From Asterias rubens (taxonomy: Eukaryota), in assembly GCF_902459465.1 (NCBI RefSeq), contig NC_047066.1, positions 6,634,001-6,698,000 on the forward strand: a DNA stretch of 64,000 nt, read 5' to 3'. The position numbers and the translations under genes are program-made. Numbering within the stretch: the stretch's first letter is position 1; each line of letters starts with the position of its first letter. Shown here piece after piece: positions 11,901 through 24,669 of the stretch. The notes beneath the pieces are model-generated. The model was given only the letters and a program-made list of their open reading frames with translations, made no database searches and was not told the origin of the DNA.

Positions 11901-14900
11901 TTTACATCAAACTTACACGGTCGAATGATGATGATAGTAAAAAACATCCGTTGAACTATTTCTGCCTGAAATGCCATATTTGATGAAAAATAAGTAATTT
12001 AACTTTGCGTTTGGAGTTTATCGCTCAGTGAGCGTTTTATTCATTCTTATTTTGGCATCAAAGCAATGCAAAATTTGTAATCGGTTTTTCACTCTATTCT
12101 CATGACCCAGATGGCCAATCGATCTCAAACTTCGACAGGTTTGTCAGTTTGTGTATATGGTGGATTACATAAGTGCTTACAATGCCAGCAACTGTGTTGT
12201 TAGCAAAAACCAATTCTGTAATGTTCCTTTAAGAGGATTTGAGGGGAGTACTTCTGTACAAGAGGAAAAGTTAAAGTATGTGAGCATTTTGGGCGGACAC
12301 CCTGTGTAGGCAACAACTGTTGGCCAATAGTAATTAGAATGGCTAATAGACCCTTCGCATGCGTACAGACCCTATTGATTGGTGCACTCAATTGCATCTG
12401 CGTCACGCTGACATACACTGCACTCAAAACGTTAGTGAGCATGGGCTATGTGCTATTTACATATTCCATGGGAAGGGTCTTTTGTCTAAAAGTAGTGCTC
12501 ACAGAAGCATAGGGGTAGTTTAGGAAAAGTACTCACATCTAGTAGTGGTAATTTAGTGACTTGGATAAGTTTCTCCTTTGCATTTTTCTCTGCCTCTCTG
12601 GCTCGGACCAGTTGCTCTTTTAATCTCTCTGCCTCCATAGCTCTGAAGAAAGAATTTTTTTCTAATCACAAATTGTAGATCACAACAAGCCACAATTAAA
12701 ACCAGTAAAATAAAAACCATGACCTAGTTCCCAAAGAACAAAATATACATAGCAATGTAGATATACAGTGTATACACATTGTGTGACCCCAAACCAAATT
12801 TACACCGATACCTCACCATGCAGTACCTCAAAAACTACATATTGAATGTTTTTCTTTTGTTGAACAGAAACAAATTAATTTGATTTGTAAAAAGCTAGAA
12901 TTTTAGCGACGCGATGATGGGTGCCATTTTTTCCATTCAACGCCAAAAAAATTGCTTTTGCTTTCGCATGAATTATGAACCAGAACCATTTATTTGTGTA
13001 CTGTTTACCTTCTGTCTGATTCCTCGGCCAACCTTGTTGCAATCATCTCAGCTTCATGAGCTTTCATCTCCATCATTCGTCTCTCTTCTTCTGTCTATAG
13101 TAGGGCAGCAAACAGATATTAAGAAAATGAACACTTTTCAGAGGACATTTTCTAACATTATCAAGAGCGCGTTTTGGCAACCCTAGCCTTCTGCGCAAGG
13201 AGCATGGCTTCCTCTTAAGGAAGTCTTAAACAGCCAGTTAAAACCGGCAGTGTCTAGGCAGTGCGATAAAGGACTAATCATTCTCACCTTGATAGCCCGC
13301 ACCCTGATGCGGTTTATCTCAGACTCAGCTTGGTTAGCCTTCTGCGCAAGGAGCATCGCTTCCTCCTCAGCTACCTGTGCCTTCTCCCCTAACAACTCTG
13401 CCGTCTCCTCCGACCTCATCTGTAAACCGAAGAAACAAACCAAAAATCCTTCTACTGACTGATCGTTCACTGTGGTTTTGAATGACCCATTTACTTATTT
13501 TTTAATTCAATGCTAAAATAATGTATGTAATGTGTATGTAATAGGGATGATAACGGCCTTGATTACTGTTGCACACCCGTTTGTATCCTGACTTTTCATG
13601 TTTGTCTGTCCGTCCATAGGCCGGGGGAAAAAAGCTGTTGCTTCACCCCGAACCTAGATGTTGCCATTTGTTAAAAGTGCACTTCTATATAAATTTTCTG
13701 TACTGTCAATTTTGATTATAACAGTTTTTACTATTCTGTGATTTATGGCAGCATTTAAATAAATGCAAACCTTAGCTATGCCAGTGTGCATTGCGATCTG
13801 CAAATAGTCATGCGATCCCCATGCCAGTGACAGAAGATGGTGAAAGTAAAACATTTTGGGGATCACTGTGTTCCCACGTACATTGCTGAATTGCGTCAAG
13901 GAAATCAATTTGCACACTCTTATGGGTCCCAATGTTGGAATTTGTGCATTGATTACAGAATGAAGAGAATATGTCTCACCAGAGCATCATGAGCAAGTCT
14001 GGCCTCGTCCCTGAAGTGGACCAACTGTTTCTCCATGTCCTCTTTATCTCTCTCTGCTTGCTCCCTTAACTGTCTCTCTCTCATCAGCTTATGTCTTTCA
14101 ATCTGATCGAGAAGATCATGAAAGGTTACTTTTTAAGATTCTAGGTTCAGCGGAGTTCATACTTCCCTGCAAATGCGAATGCGAAGCAAACGTTGACGTC
14201 ACAAATTCGCAACGAATAATTCGCAGCAGTTCAACTCTGTTCAACTCACTTGCGAATATCGCTGCGAAAGGAAGGTTATGACGTCAAATTCCTGTCAAAT
14301 TCGCATCGCATTCGCATTCACAGGAAGTATGAACCTGGCTTAAATCTCTTCAAAGGACAAGAGAGGGTGATTTAGTGTTCCTGGTAAACTAGATCATTTT
14401 CTACTTGGTGTTGCATTTCAGTCTTCTTTATCAATCATTATTTTTTTAGTTTGGGGCTTAAGTAAACCCGATGGGGGGGGGGGGAGGGGGGGGGTTGTAG
14501 GGTTACTTTCAGCACATGACCAACCCTGCTAATCAATGTTACTCACCAATTTTCATCAAATACTGAAAAAACTTTCAATTCGTTTATTTCAAATCAATTT
14601 CATACTTTTCCAAATCAAAATAAACATGGGTCAATCAATCATCAGTTTGTGGTGATTTTTCTTTAGAAAAAAAAAGTTTAAAGGAAAATAACTGTTTGAA
14701 AGAATAATAGCTCTCTGCACTAATGTGGATGACGTCACTTTTGCTCAAAATACCCGGCTATCAGACAAACATTCCACAACTTTAAGAAATCATCGCATCA
14801 GTGACAAGCCAAAATTCTCAAAAAGTATATAAAACTTGGTACATGTACGCACATGTATCTTTGTGAAACTTGAGACAATTTTCTGAGATCCGGGTAATTG

Positions 14901-17900
14901 GCCTCTGTTTTTAGCATTAGTACGAGAGCTATCGACGAGACTTACATGTCTTTTGGCTTTCTCTTCTTTGGCTTGTGCTTTCATCTGTTGGACCTCCATC
15001 GTGTCTGCCCTCCTCCTCTGCATAAACAGCTCATGGTTGCCGACACAAAGATCCAAAATCTGATTGCAGAATTATTTTTCAAAGTTAACGATAAGACACA
15101 TTCTTGACAGAACATACCAATAGATAGATCACTTGCATTGGCTGCCATTTTACAAATTTCGTCAGTTGATGCAAATTCGCCCCAAACAAAGCTAAAAGCT
15201 ACTCTTGGCTAAGGGTTGCTAATAAAACAAATTCAGGATGAAAATAACTCGGGAGAGCTGAAGGTAAGTATCCCTTGCATCGACCGCTATTTTAAAACTA
15301 CTTTTTCTCAATGCAAGTTTGCACCAAATTAAGCTACTCTAGGTAAGGAGCTACAAATAAAAACAAAATTTAAAATAACACTCTAAATTTCCCTCCTGAC
15401 AACAACTGACAACACTCACCAATTTATTAAGTCGTAACCTAGGCGATATGAAACAAAAGTCCGGTGATTTCTTGTCGATCGGCTTGATGGTGAACTACAA
15501 GGAGAGAGACAGACAGGAAAAAGCTTAGAATTTATCCAGTAGAGACAGAAAATGATTCTTTCCCTTGTATGCCAATTACATTCTTGCATGCGTACAGATA
15601 CCACTGGTTGGCCAACACCATAGAGAGACTGCTAGGTCATTCCGATGGGCGTAAAGCCGATGGCCCGCGTGTTTTGCAATGCACGCAAAAGAACTCAGTG
15701 CACTTTATTGTGCAGGGAAGGGGTTTGCCTCGGTGTTCATGGTTAGACCGGCTGCATATTGCACCACAGCACCTTGTAAACAATTACATGGTGCTGTAAA
15801 GAAAAAGGTTTCATACTTGAAAACCTAGCTCCTTATACCTTGCAGAAAATACTGAGCGCCTTGACACGCCCCTAGGGGTTTATAAAACACTATATAAGAA
15901 CCCAATGATTGTTTATGTTATCATTATTACCTTCTTATCTTTGTAGGATACATTCCTGATTTCACTCCAGGGAAACGATATCTTTGGTACTAATTTGTTG
16001 TCTATTTCATACACGTTCAGACCCATTGCATCTACACCAAGGTATAAGTCTGTTCCTTTCTCGTTCTGTAGGAAAAACAACCAATCAAGCAAGATTGAAT
16101 AAATCTCAACATCACGATTACGGTAAGCCTGGGCGACTAGTGCGACTAGTGTCGTAGTCGCGACTTTTGATTGATTAGTCGAGGCGCAACTACCGTTTAA
16201 CAACTACCTTCCACCTCGACTACTACCAATTGTGTCGCTATTCACAACAACATAATTTACCTACAAAAACAATCAGACATCAGTGACACAATCCTTCGAT
16301 CCTTTTAGCTTGAATTCTATGATATTGCGCCTGCAGCAAACATTGCCACAGTGCATCTTGAGAATTAAAAATTAGTCAAGACTTTTAGTCGAATAGCAGA
16401 TTTCACAAGTCGGCCAGGCCTAGATTATGGTAGGGTTGCCTTTCACCTCGGTGGAACCCAGTTCGAATCCAGGACCCGAGGCTTGCATCATGTGGATGAG
16501 GTTTGGGGGCTTTCCTCCCAAATTTACAACGGACATTTCTTCATCCTTTTTTCTACACTGGTATATTCAGGCCTACAAGTTATACTGCTGATCACTTTTG
16601 AGAGTTCCTTGGTTTTATTTACTACAAAAATATATTAGAATTGACTTGCCTTTATTTCAAAATAGTTGACTCCGTACATTTCTAGGTCTTGTGTGATCTT
16701 TAAGTACTCCATCTCAGCTTCATCTCTGTGGCAACAACAAGAGCAAAACAGTCAATTCTACGAAACACAGTTAAAACTCTCAAATGGTCACCGGTGTTAC
16801 GCATAGTGTGTAGCCAAAAGGGCACAGCAGTGTTGTAACTAATTGCAAAAAGTCTGTCAGAGGTTCCAGTTTTCAGTCAATTGCTAATGTGGATTAATTT
16901 TGGCACGACCTTACTTTCCAAAGATCAAAAATATTTGTTCTTCTAAAAAATTAATGGTATATCTTGCAACCACCGCCATACCTCAGGCCAAACAAGTTCC
17001 CTCCACACCCCCCCCCCCCCCCCCCCCCCCCGGCTTCATTAGTTTGTCAACTTCCAACACCCAAGGGAGCTAATCGACTGTCCACCTGAATTCAACCATT
17101 ATTATATTATATTTGTAAAATGACTGCTCATGAAAAAAGTTCCCTGCAATCCCACACACAACTGATTCAAAATTCAGTTCCAAATAAACACCACTGATAC
17201 CCACTAACCGAATGTCACGTTTTTACCTCATGAGTCCCTGGTGTTCGGAGTACCATGCGGTAATTCTCTCCTCCCACATCTCCGCAGTCATGTCGAACTG
17301 TTCCACGACCCGCTGGGGAAGAAGTTCCTCACTCGCCAAGAACCCAGGATGGTGCATGTTGTGATCATAGTCCCCATACTAAAAAAAATAGAAATTGTAA
17401 TTTCAGTAAACTAAGATAGGCCTTTTTGACTTGGGTCCTATTTTCTTTTATAAACAGTGTAAAATAATAAACAGTATTTATACAGTCTCAGTGTTTGAGT
17501 TTAATATAAATGTGTTGAGTGAATGAGAATTCCCTGGAATATTGACTTACGTGGCTTCATATAGAGCTACACTGTAATAGTGTGTTATCAAGTGATGTAT
17601 GACATCAAAGTACAAGTCGAGCTACAGTTCACTGCTAATTTGCCTGTTTTTATCTTATTGAAAATCAATTTAACACAAATGAATAAACCATCAAAATTCA
17701 TCAAAATATAACAATAAAACTCATCTGCGAAGCCTGGAGCTTCTAGAAATTAAAGTTAAAATTTGTATCAAGAAAAATGATGAGTGAGATAAAAAAAGGG
17801 TGGTGATTCGGTCTTGAACCTTCGTTTCAACATTGCAGGGTCATATCAGTGCGATAAAGGACCTAGGCTTTGACTCGGCCATGAACATGCCGGTTTTAAA

Positions 17901-20900
17901 CGTACATCAAGAGCTTGTCCCACTCTATTATTCCCTCGTTGTTGAGCAAAAATGTGACACTTATTTGTTAACAATCTCATAATCTCACCTTGGCCTGAAC
18001 AGCATAAGACGCCAATAAAACTGAGGCCTCCGGAGGGCAGTACACCTCCTCATTCAAGATCTGCTGCTTGACTTGAAGGAAGAATAGATGCTGGGTGATC
18101 TCCTGGATCAACTCTTCGCTCACTTCCTCCGGATAAAACTTGGCTGCAAACAAGAACGGCATCGGGGACGTCTTAGGGATGCCTTGCTCTTGCACCTATT
18201 GAGTGGGGAACAAAATTAGATTATAAATTGGTTTTTACCCATTACATGTACACCAATGTGTTTTAACACTGTATACTCAGTACTTTCCTGAGTTTTGTGA
18301 AAAAATCACAGGCATGTTAATCGGGTGGGATTCGAACCCAAGACCCTTGCAATTCTAGAGCAGTGTCTTACCAACTACACCAACGAGAATGCCTGAACTG
18401 CCTCTAGCTATTGGGCAATCTTGATGGTCTAGTTGGTAAGACACTGCTCTAGAATTGCAAAGGTCGCGGGATTGAACGCCTGTGATTTGTTTTCATAGAA
18501 CTCGCAGAAAGTATGAAGTATACAGTGCTAACACACATCGGTGTAAGGGTAAAAAGACAAATTTAAAATTAGATCAGTTTATCTTTTATTCATAGCTTCT
18601 GGAGCGTTCAACATCATTGTTACACTTAAGTTATACAAAAAAAGATCCATGCAATTTACAATTTTGCAATTGACTATTGGCATTGATATTTCTGACACAA
18701 GTATTTCTATGGTCCTCAGTGCCACGCCATCTACATGTAGTTTTCTAGCTGGAAAGGGAAAATCTGCACAAAAATATTGCAAATAGTTACACAAAAGTTC
18801 AACTTCAGTGTGGGACTGTCTATATGAGCGCATAGCTCACACAACAGATATCAGTATGGCAGCCCACAGTCATGGCATTTTCTCTAAATTTTCTAAGAAA
18901 TGGAGGTGCCCTTTGCAAAATGAAAGTGGCCTTGCCCTTTGCAAAATGAAATTCCAGGCCTGGAGAATATATCCGTTATTATCCTACTGTATGCAGGATA
19001 AACTCACTTTCTTATCCATCTTAAGCCAGCTGATGTATCCCTTGTGATCGATGAACCGCAGACCAAAGTACCAAGTTTCCCGTAGCCCAATGGTTCTGGC
19101 CACCAGGTCAAATAATTGTCGGCCAGTTGCTTTCCACTTTGAAAACAGAAAGAAAAAAAAATATTCTTTAATAGTTGAAACAAAAACCTCTCAGGAATTT
19201 GACGGGTTACTTTTACAATGTGTCTCACTGGGAAAAACCTGATATATAATGAGAAGAATTTCAAAATAATTGCTGGGTGAAAATGTTGTCACATTTAGCT
19301 CAGGGCTTGAGTTTTAGGGTAAAATGGGGCCTGTAGCTCAAACGCTTTACCGGACAAGAATTTAAAGGCAGTGGACACTATTGGTAATTACTCAAAATAA
19401 TTATTAGCATAAAACCTTTCTTGGTGATGAGTAATGGTGAGAGGCTGATGGTATAAAACATTGTGAGAAACGGCTCCCACTGAAGTGCCATAGTTTTCGA
19501 GAAAGAAGTAATTTTCCACGAATTTAATTTTAAGACCTCAGATTTAGAACTTGAAGTCTCTAAATCAACCATCTAAACACACACAAATTCGTGTGACATG
19601 GGTGTTTTTTTTCTTTCATTATTATCTCAAAAGTTCGTTGACCGATTGAGCTCAAATTTTCACAGGTTTGTTTTTTTATGCATATGTTGAGATACACCAA
19701 GTGTGAAGACTAGTCTTTGACAATTACCAATAGTGTCCACTACCTTTAACTTACAAGAAAATAATCTTTATTAATGAGAAAGAACTTTCTACACAATTTT
19801 ACATAAAAACTGTTTTATTTAAGCAAGTGCTTAGAGAAGATTGATCTCACTTTGTCTTGTGGGTAAGTAGGCCTACAGTACACCTAGGTCAATGTTTTGA
19901 TACTCAACAGACCTGATATTAAACAGACTCGAAAGCCAAATTTGAGCACAATTCATGTTTTTTAATTACACAGAAAAACACAAGAAGCTGGACCTGTCCA
20001 GTCATGATTTTACTTGTCATGCAAAAAATTGACCCCTGAGCACTGATCTCATTGTTTTGACACGTGTTCAAGTGCAGTGTTGCCTGAGCTCCAGTCTCAC
20101 TGGAAAACATTTATCATGTTGTCACCATTTTTACTTCTTTACACCGCTTGTCAAAACCATGCCATGGGAAACAATGTTATCCATAAAAAAAAATATAAAC
20201 AACTGATACTGATACACTGTACCATCATTTTTTATCAGTGATTGTTTTGCTAAATAAAAGATGTTGCTGGTGAACTGTGGTTGTTGTTTAGGAAAAAAAT
20301 TCAACCAAGTTCAATGGTGTTCACTTAGACAAAACAAAATATCAAACTGGTTGCAACCTTTACCCTGTGCACACACAAGATACAATGTTACTCAGCAGAT
20401 AGCACTTAATTGAGTCTACAATGAAAGGATTAATGTAAATTGTGGACTAGTGTCGTGGCCGAGCGGTTAAGAGCACCAAATTCAAACTCCGAAATTTCTG
20501 AATCCCCAGCCGTGACACTTGTGTCCTTAAAAGCAAGACACTTAACCATTGCTTCGTCCTTTGGATGGGACATAAAGCCGTTGGTCACATGTGTTGTGTA
20601 AATGCATGTAAAAGAACCCAGTGCACTTATCGAAAAGAGAAGGGGTTACCTCCCTCCAATTTTGGAGGGAGGTAGTGTTGATTTGTGTAATTCATAGACG
20701 TTAGTAAACCATTGTTTGTTATTGTATGAGAGAGGATGGCTATTGCCAGCTTGGTGTTTACATGTATAGGCCTATATATCCCCTTTTGGAAGTTAGCCGA
20801 GTTCCCTTGGTTGGAAGGGAAGATCATCTAAACAGACAAACACCAAACCAAATGAAAAGAAGAAAAAACATTTCAGTTCATGGAATCATGTCATAAGAGC

Positions 20901-21595
20901 ACCGAACTCAAGCTCTGATGCTTCTGTTCAGCATAGTGTGGGTTCGAATCCCGGTCGTGACAATTGTGTCCCTGAGCAAGACACTTAACTATAATTGCTT
21001 CGCTCTCCACCCAGGGGTAAATGGGTACCTGTGAGCTAGGGCAGAGATGGTTCTTGTGATTGATTTAGCCGAGTAGCGCATATTATTAATGTTGCACAGG
21101 CTGCATACTCCCCACCAGGGAGCTGAGATGCTTTAAGGAGTGTATTAAGGCCCAGTGACCAGGGGTAATAATGTGAAGCACTTTGGGACGCCCTCCGGGT
21201 GTGAAAAGCGCTATATAAAAACGGGTTATTATTATTATTCAATGTGAATGTTCATTCATGGTTCAACAGTCTAGAAGGTAACTTCAATTTGTAAATTACA
21301 TGTAATTTTATTGTACAAACGACGCATACAGATAACAGAAACCATGGAGGTAGAAGAACAGACACGAGACAACAATCTTTCTTATCAACACATCTTCAAA
21401 CAACAAAGCTCCCCACTTCTCTTGCTCCCTGCCCCTGCCCCTCCCACTTTGTAAAAAAAACACCTTCAAAACAAATGCGATAAATGCTAGAATTGAATTC
21501 TTGAAATAACTCACGTCTATTCCAAATTCAAGTTCAGCATCCATTGTTGTAACCCGGACGCTGAAAGTCTTCGGGTTTCTCCGAAGCACCGACAT
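8985..21595 (-). CDS. NF2: Merlin (neurofibromin-2), FERM-domain Hippo pathway tumour-suppressor orthologue, 590 aa
   Basis: Fifteen phase-consistent exons: 21515-21595, 19008-19136, 17989-18195, 17227-17378, 16650-16725, 15931-16065, 15420-15494, 14946-15059, 13980-14102, 13288-13419, 13009-13094, 12537-12642, 11196-11341, 9427-9586, 8985-9035 (1773 nt). Merlin-type N-terminus ([20 protein letters not shown]), Blue-box-like [11 protein letters not shown], and C-terminus [10 protein letters not shown]. Confidence 0.97.
10001..10371. mobile_element. TTAA-type non-autonomous DNA transposon in an NF2 intron
   Basis: TIR agggaaggtacacgtttggtaatt/aattaccaaacgtgtaccttcctt followed by ttaa. The interior is shared with the 6769 family. 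Confidence 0.8.
10443..10870. mobile_element. Harbinger-like MITE with CAG TSD
   Basis: cag|gggtgcgttccactcgcgcaaacg...cgtttgcgcgagtggaacgcaccc|cag. Confidence 0.85.
10888..11174. other. Assembly gap (287 N) inside an NF2 intron
   Basis: Run of n. The NF2 exons on either side join in phase, so no coding exon appears to be hidden in it. Confidence 0.99.
11853..12228. mobile_element. TTAA-flanked non-autonomous DNA transposon
   Basis: ttaa|aggaacattacagagttgg...ccaattctgtaatgttcct|ttaa. Confidence 0.8.
14155..14335. mobile_element. Palindromic MITE
   Basis: gttcatacttccctgcaaatgcgaatgcga...tcgcattcgcattcacaggaagtatgaac inverted arms. Confidence 0.7.
16126..16421. mobile_element. MITE with gcctgggcgact/agtcggccaggc termini
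   Basis: Short imperfect inverted termini and internal cgactag repeats. Confidence 0.5.
18232..18555. mobile_element. Foldback element whose arms each carry a tRNA-derived Pol III head
   Basis: The whole element is an imperfect palindrome (tttttacccat...gggtaaaaa). A-box-like TGGT(G/C)TAGTTGG at 18371-18382 (minus) and 18425-18436 (plus); perfect B-box GGTTCGAATCC at 18328-18338 (minus). Partial copies at about 23370-23590, 48110-48165 and 51170-51290. Confidence 0.7.
19366..19745. mobile_element. TTAA-flanked non-autonomous DNA transposon (6769 family)
   Basis: ttaa|aggcagtggacactattggtaatt...aattaccaatagtgtccactacct|ttaa. Confidence 0.85.
20450..20648 (+). mobile_element. tRNA-derived SINE (3' truncated)
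   Basis: A-box gtggccgagcggttaagagc followed by the family body (agcaagacacttaacc...gtaaaagaacccagtgcacttatcg). A similar copy lies at about 30865-31075. Confidence 0.7.
20890..21240 (+). mobile_element. Near full-length tRNA-derived SINE with LINE2-like tail
   Basis: B-box gggttcgaatccc, central ccacccaggggtaaatgggtacc, and tail gaaaagcgctatataaa...(tta)n. Minus-strand relatives at about 27580-27720 and 46625-46880; a tail fragment at 9596-9680. Confidence 0.8.
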
Positions 21596-24500
21596 TTTGC
21601 CGGTGACCTGCCGCCGGCTCCCCGCAGCGTTGTGACCGCCTAACTTCCTTGTCTACTCTCGCTGAACTGAACGTGTCGTTCGGTCATCCAGTCAAAACAA
21701 AGATGGGTTTAAACCAATGGTATTTATCGATCGAAATACCATAGCTATAGATCACACGTGAAATTCTAAGGAATTGGAAAGTAGGCACGAAATATGAGGT
21801 GTACAAACCATCATAAAAACAATGTAAATTGTGAGTAATTCCCTAAGAATGTGCGACACATACTGAAGTTATGCATGGACAATAACGATTGTGTACACAG
21901 TTTATGCAGCTAGCGAGGCGCTAGGCGTGCGCGGTGTACGTCGTGTACCATCTCGCCCCCATCAAAGTTACCCTACATACTCGTCCACATAGCAAAGTCG
22001 CCATTCAATAATGGCCCTTTCAAAGGCATGCCTTACAAAGTCGGCCTACCAAAGTCGCCCTTACACTTAAAACTCGCCCACTCCTGGGAGCTGCCCAGAC
22101 AAAAGTGAGGGATTTGAAGACATGTTCATAATTGAGTCACCTGTTGGTCCTTGCAATTGGTCTTTCTCTTTAGTTCTAAGTATGGTAGTATTTATCATGG
22201 ATGTCTATTTCTACCCCCCTCACGGTATAGAACAGTTTGACAAAAGTTATACACATCATTTCCTGACTTGGTGAAAACAGTCTTCAAAAAATTTCACCAA
22301 CAAAATAAAGATTACTAACAGCAGTACTACATGCAGTCTGTGCCAAATTAAATCTGCCGATACACAAAAGTTGCTGAACACAACAAAAATATGCTTACCA
22401 GAATTACAATGTTAAGACTGATATTGGCCCAGTTTCATAAAGCATGTAGCCCCAACATTGCTATATAAGCACAAAATAGTATTTACAGAAACAAAGCAAG
22501 TTCCCAGCCAAAATTACATTAGTTTTTGATTGTTGTGGCTGGTGCCCCACTCGATTTTTGCTTAGCACAAAAATTTCTTTATGAAATTGGACCACGGTCG
22601 TTTCTGCAAAAGCAAAAAATTGTAACGCAATATTTTCTGCTTAAGCATCTCTATGAAATTGGGCCTTTATGCATTGATAATACACTGCAGTAATTGCATG
22701 AGTGTCGAAATGCTTGTCTGACATGTGGGCATTAGTGTGGAGTGTGATTGAGAGTAAAATAAAAGACTGGAAAACTGAGGCATTCCTACGTAATATTATG
22801 TCAACAGGATTTCCTTTATTACTTTATCTACAAAAATCACAAAATAAAGACATCTTTTGGTTCATAATAAACATAAGCTTCACACTTCAAAAGTTTGAAT
22901 TAACAATTTTATCAGAAAACATGATTTGCATAATATATAGAAATATTTGTTTTATTTCTAAAAAATAAACAGTATATATAAACTCTCATATGATAGATAG
23001 ATACAAATGCATGAATATTTTTTTCTTCAAATTATTAAAATATTCAAAGCCTCAAATGCCTGGTAATGCAGTTTTGTTTTAATCAAAAATGTTGTAATAA
23101 ATGAATTCAAATTTGATTCTTAAGTAAACTTTTAAAGAACTCTGATTCTGATTTTTATCCTCTTCTGTTTTCTGCCGACATCTGCAGTGTACAAACAGCC
23201 ATAACTCTGTGAAACACTGGCCGAGTAAACATCTTATGTAATCTTATCTTCAGAACAGTCTGTAATAGTATACTGATAGAGTTTCATAGAGACTGGATGG
23301 TTTGGAAGGAACTCATGCAAACACAGTCTTGATATATGGAAATTTGCAACAGAAAGAATATTAATTTTGTTTTTACCCATATACAACAATGAGGGAAACA
23401 GCACTACGCAAACTCACTGCCTCAGTACTTTCCTGAGCTTTATGAAAACAAATGTGGGGGTGGGGGGGGGGGGTCAAGCCTATGACCTTTGCAATTATAG
23501 AGCAGTGTCTTACCATGGAGTTCTTCCTTCATGGTCTTACCAACTAGACCCCCAAAGTTGCCTGGTAGATAGAGGCAGTTCGAATCCTATGTTTTTATAT
23601 ATACATGTTTTGGCTAAAGACCTCCATGGTGGAGATACCCTGTATGATGCATGGACAAACTTGACAATTTGGTCTTGTAATAGATATTAAGAAATGTTCC
23701 TTAAATCAGTAAGACTCTCTATATATATACATTATAAACATAAGAAATACAACAGATTGCAAAAGATTGAGACTTTGGGAAAAATACTAAGGGGGAAAAC
23801 AAATCTCCTCAATAGCTATTATGCCCAAGTGAAAGCAAAGAGGTACAGTTATATACTTGCTAAACATCTGAGATAGATAGAGAGTTTCTGTTCAAAGCTT
23901 TCTAGACAAAGGACAAATTTCAGTAAACTTACACCAACTTAAACTACACATATTCCTACGATAAAACTACGGTAAAACTTTGACTGGTTTCTGTTATACA
24001 CAGGCCGGTGCAGCAAATTTTACAAGAGCTATTGGCGAAGTTGTCTTTTTTTACGAAATTGTATATTGATTACTTTGTATTTTGGGTAGTGGGTACTGCA
24101 CATGGCTGTTCTTCCAGAATTGCCTCAACTTCTACACATTTTTGTATCAAAATATTACAAATTGCTTAATAATAAGATCTATCATAAGACCATAATATTG
24201 CAACCAGTAACGGCTTGTCAAATTGACTATACATGTAACTATCAGTATTCTGAAAGATCTTTTGTAACTTGAAATAATTGCTATTTGTTATTAGCAATAA
24301 CAACTATTTACTGATAAAGTCAGCAATCTCATTACGAATGCCAGATTTCTGGTAACTCAGCTGTCATCATTTTATGTGAGTTACTGTGTATGGAGTTGTC
24401 CTACTGATGTAGGGTTGTTTACACAGTAAGTAAATGCAAGGTGCATATCCCCTCTCTCAACATGGCTGAGACTTAAGTTGCTAACTCGTTGGAAAGATTT

Positions 24501-24669
24501 CTAGTAACTGTCATCATTTTATGTGAGTTACTGTATGGAGTTTCCCTACTGATCAAGGGTTGTATACATGAGTGCATCCCCTTTTTCAGCAAGGCTTGCT
24601 GAGACTTAAGGTGCTAACCCGTGCGAAAAAATCTGGCCCCTAGGTTCAACGCTTCTCCTCGGTCGTTCT

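Noticed and set aside
20450-21240. tRNA genes or a vault RNA gene near MVP
   Set aside because: The A/B-box segments run into repeated SINE bodies and tails, lack a full cloverleaf and lack a nearby oligo-T terminator. I found no convincing vault RNA by eye; a covariance-model search would be needed to exclude one.
8985-21595. Calling the FERM gene an ezrin/radixin/moesin
   Set aside because: The N-terminal extension ([11 protein letters not shown]), Blue-box-like MTAEMWEER and the VAFFEEL ending are merlin features; the ERM ending DEFEA[LM] is absent.
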